In this document: positions 63,597-64,000 of the stretch, in pieces
Layout: every line of letters begins with the position of its first letter
Numbering within the stretch: the stretch's first letter is position 1
Assembly: GCA_963806225.1 (NCBI GenBank)
Contig: CAWDXG010000001.1
Span: forward strand, 1 to 64,000
From: an uncultured delta proteobacterium
Lineage (GTDB): Bacteria; Myxococcota_A; Polyangia; Polyangiales; Polyangiaceae
Length of the DNA: 64,000 nucleotides
Reading direction: 5' to 3'
Position numbers and translations under genes: made by a program
The notes under the pieces: model-generated
Seen by the model: the letters and a program-made list of their open reading frames with translations, nothing else
The model's database searches: none
What the model was told of the DNA's origin: nothing

Positions 63597-64000
63597 CCCT
63601 GTCCCACCCGTTCTTCCAGAGTCTCCCCGAGGATCACCACGACACGATTCGTCGGCTGCTGCTCAAACGCGACTTGCGGGAGGGGGACGTCCTGGTGCAG
63701 CAGGGAATGGTCGCGGACTCGGCTTTCTTCGTCACGCGCGGGCTGGTCGGCGTCGATGTGTACCTTCCCGGCGGCGGCAGCTCGCGGCTGACCGAGCTGG
63801 GCCCGGGTGGGGTTCTCGGTGAGCTCGCGCTCGTGTCGGCCGGGCAACGTCGGACCGCCACCGCGACGGCGCTCGAGCCGAGCGAAGTGCTGGCCATGCT
63901 CGGGCGCGACCTGCAGGCGTTGTGCGCGCACTACCACCCGGCGTCGCTGGCGCTGCTCCGCCGCCTCGCGGAGCACGTGGCGCGCTCGCTGGTCCGCGTG
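63593..64000 (+). CDS. cNMP-binding domain protein, runs off window
   Basis: TTG overlapping the upstream TGA; HPFFQSL..GDVLVQQG..FFVTRGLV..LGELALV..RRTATATA. Confidence 0.85.
   Translation, partial: MTLSHPFFQSLPEDHHDTIRRLLLKRDLREGDVLVQQGMVADSAFFVTRGLVGVDVYLPGGGSSRLTELGPGGVLGELALVSAGQRRTATATALEPSEVLAMLGRDLQALCAHYHPASLALLRRLAEHVARSLVRV

Overview
High-GC bacterial DNA, most likely Myxococcota (Polyangiaceae-like), judged from two MYXO-CTERM-type tails, Gly/'DAG'-rich lipoprotein linkers and a myxobacterial DUF222/HNH fragment. Ordinary-looking genes sit at both edges: a hybrid histidine kinase at <1-2189, and a LysR regulator plus a cNMP/PLP-enzyme/EgtC-like operon at 58.7-64 kb. The ~56 kb in between is a patchwork of rolling-circle HUH (IS91/ISCR-like) transposase elements and cargo. 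One ~1.95-kb element family (B) leaves nine ends that all stop at the same base (...CTACGCGC) but start at different internal points. A second family (A) leaves four ~170-bp end modules, and a third end type is seen once, giving about 14 ori-like ends. Between them lie about 16 secreted/lipoprotein genes, 4-5 toxin-antitoxin modules, many abruptly cut gene fragments, two tRNA-Leu att-like remnants, an rve-integrase IS (three pieces) and a serine-recombinase element inserted into one B copy. The B copies are sequence mosaics of each other. The best candidate for an undescribed system is an ISCR-like, ori-anchored gene-capture and shuffling array for surface proteins and TA modules. Several single-base frameshifts may be sequencing errors, and assembly chimerism cannot be excluded from sequence alone.
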